DNA of 64,000 bases. Origin: Pseudomonadales bacterium. Its GTDB lineage: Bacteria; Pseudomonadota; Gammaproteobacteria; Pseudomonadales; JAUIET01. The notes under the pieces were generated by a model. It ran no database searches. It was not told the origin of the DNA and saw only the letters and a program-made list of their open reading frames with translations. The DNA is taken from positions 138,429 through 202,428 of the forward strand of contig JBGCFQ010000020.1 in assembly GCA_045106985.1 (NCBI GenBank), given 5' to 3'. Below are positions 63,104 through 64,000 of the stretch, piece after piece (position 1 is the first letter of the stretch; every line of letters begins with the position of its first letter). Made by a program: the position numbers and the translations under genes.

Positions 63104-64000
63104 ATGTTTGATATAGCTCAAGAAGCCTTCGCAATCTACGAAGTTTACATTGCAAACTTTCGAAGTGGCGACGCCATAGTGTATGCCATGGAATTGGCGC
63201 CATTCATTGCCATGTTCGAACTTCCCTTGTACTTGCTGATCTTTCTTGGAGTTCTGAAATATTACCGGCGTAAGGCGCTCACTCCACCAAAGCAACTTAC
63301 TTTCTCTCCTTCAGTGAGTTGCATCGTCACCTGCTATTCCGAAGGCAAGGACGTTCAAACCACCATAAGCTCCATGGCCAATCAAATTTACCCCGGCGAT
63401 ATTGAAATACTCGCGATGATCGATGGTGCAGTGGCTAACAAGCCAACCTATGAAGCCGCAGAGGAAATGCACGCAAAGGTTGCGCGCATTCCGCGTCGAA
63501 CGCTTCGGGTAATTCCTAAGTGGCTTCGGGGTGGTCGAGTGTCATCTGAAAACACTGGGCTCGCCATTGCTAAAGGCGAAATCATTATGGTGCTCGACGG
63601 AGATACATCCTTCGATAATGACATGGTCGCAAATGCAGTACAGCATTTCGCGGACCCTAATGTTGCTGCGGTTTCCGGAAATTTAAGGTTGCGCAATATT
63701 CGTGACGGCCTAGCAGCTAAGCTGCAGGCAATTGAATACATGATGTCAATCGGCACCAGCAAAGTGGGCCTTAGTGAGTTCAACATTGTAAACAACGTTT
63801 CTGGTGCATTTGGTATTTTTAGAAAGAGCGTCATGCAGCATATTGGTGGCTGGGACTCTGGTACAGCTGAAGATCTGGATCTTACACTTCGTTTGAAAAA
63901 ATACTTCGCCAGATACCCCGATATGCGCATAGTCTTTGAATACTATGCATTGGGTCATACCGATGGTCCTGGTACGTTCAAAGAATTCTTTCAGCAACGG
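63104..64000 (+). CDS. Processive family-2 glycosyltransferase (PgaC/NodC/BcsA-like synthase), 5' part; continues beyond the window
   Basis: This gene is absent from the ORF track because it has no stop in the window. My translation from the ATG at 63104 reads MFDIAQEAF..., with a TM region (LPLYLLIFLGVL). GT2 motifs are VSCIVTCYSEG, VLDGDTSF (DxD), GAFGIFRK, TAEDLDLTLRL and FFQQR at the edge, which would begin QxxRW. Confidence 0.8.
   Translation, partial: MFDIAQEAFAIYEVYIANFRSGDAIVYAMELAPFIAMFELPLYLLIFLGVLKYYRRKALTPPKQLTFSPSVSCIVTCYSEGKDVQTTISSMANQIYPGDIEILAMIDGAVANKPTYEAAEEMHAKVARIPRRTLRVIPKWLRGGRVSSENTGLAIAKGEIIMVLDGDTSFDNDMVANAVQHFADPNVAAVSGNLRLRNIRDGLAAKLQAIEYMMSIGTSKVGLSEFNIVNNVSGAFGIFRKSVMQHIGGWDSGTAEDLDLTLRLKKYFARYPDMRIVFEYYALGHTDGPGTFKEFFQQR

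Noticed and set aside
63448-63997. Minus-strand ORFs 63448..63930 (160 aa) and 63746..63997.
   Set aside because: They are antisense to the GT2 synthase frame, which carries the DxD, TED and QxxR motifs and is open to the window edge.
1-64000. A scan for CRISPR arrays, tRNA or rRNA genes, IS elements and large repeats.
   Set aside because: Every intergenic gap is 360 bp or shorter, and none shows cloverleaf-like or repeat-spacer structure. I recognised no transposase or integrase motifs in any frame. A by-eye scan cannot exclude small ncRNAs.

Overview
This window looks like chromosomal DNA from a flagellated, piliated gammaproteobacterium with Pseudomonas/Cellvibrio-like gene order. I saw no rRNA, tRNA, CRISPR array, transposase or integrase. 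The contents, in order, are listed below.

- **1-16.9 kb:** a contiguous minus-strand flagellar block, fliEFGHIJ, then a kinase-like gene, an Hpt gene, fliKLMNOPQR, an orphan gene, and flhBA. Sigma54 and FleQ-type sites are recognisable.
- **17-21.7 kb:** small redox genes.
- **21.8-28.5 kb:** a tightly coupled operon of sulfatase, octaheme cytochrome-TPR lipoprotein, acyl-CoA dehydrogenase and a second sulfatase.
- **28.7-35.5 kb:** a MoxR/DUF58/DUF4381/VWA/BatD (Bat-type) operon.
- **35.6-46.7 kb:** an SOS mutagenesis cassette split into imuA-imuB and dnaE2 by a 5.5 kb metabolic insert. Each half has its own LexA box.
- **46.7-53.6 kb:** a type IV minor-pilin/PilY1 operon with one extra secreted protein.
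- **53.8-61.3 kb:** a RES-Xre toxin-antitoxin pair among acyl-CoA and flavin enzymes.
- **61.7-64 kb:** a triple zinc-ribbon protein with a degenerate GGDEF domain that keeps its I-site, coupled to a processive GT2 synthase.

The last item is my best candidate for an undescribed c-di-GMP-gated exopolysaccharide system. The sulfatase/cytochrome operon is the second candidate. All functional calls rest on motif recognition by eye, and no database searches were run.
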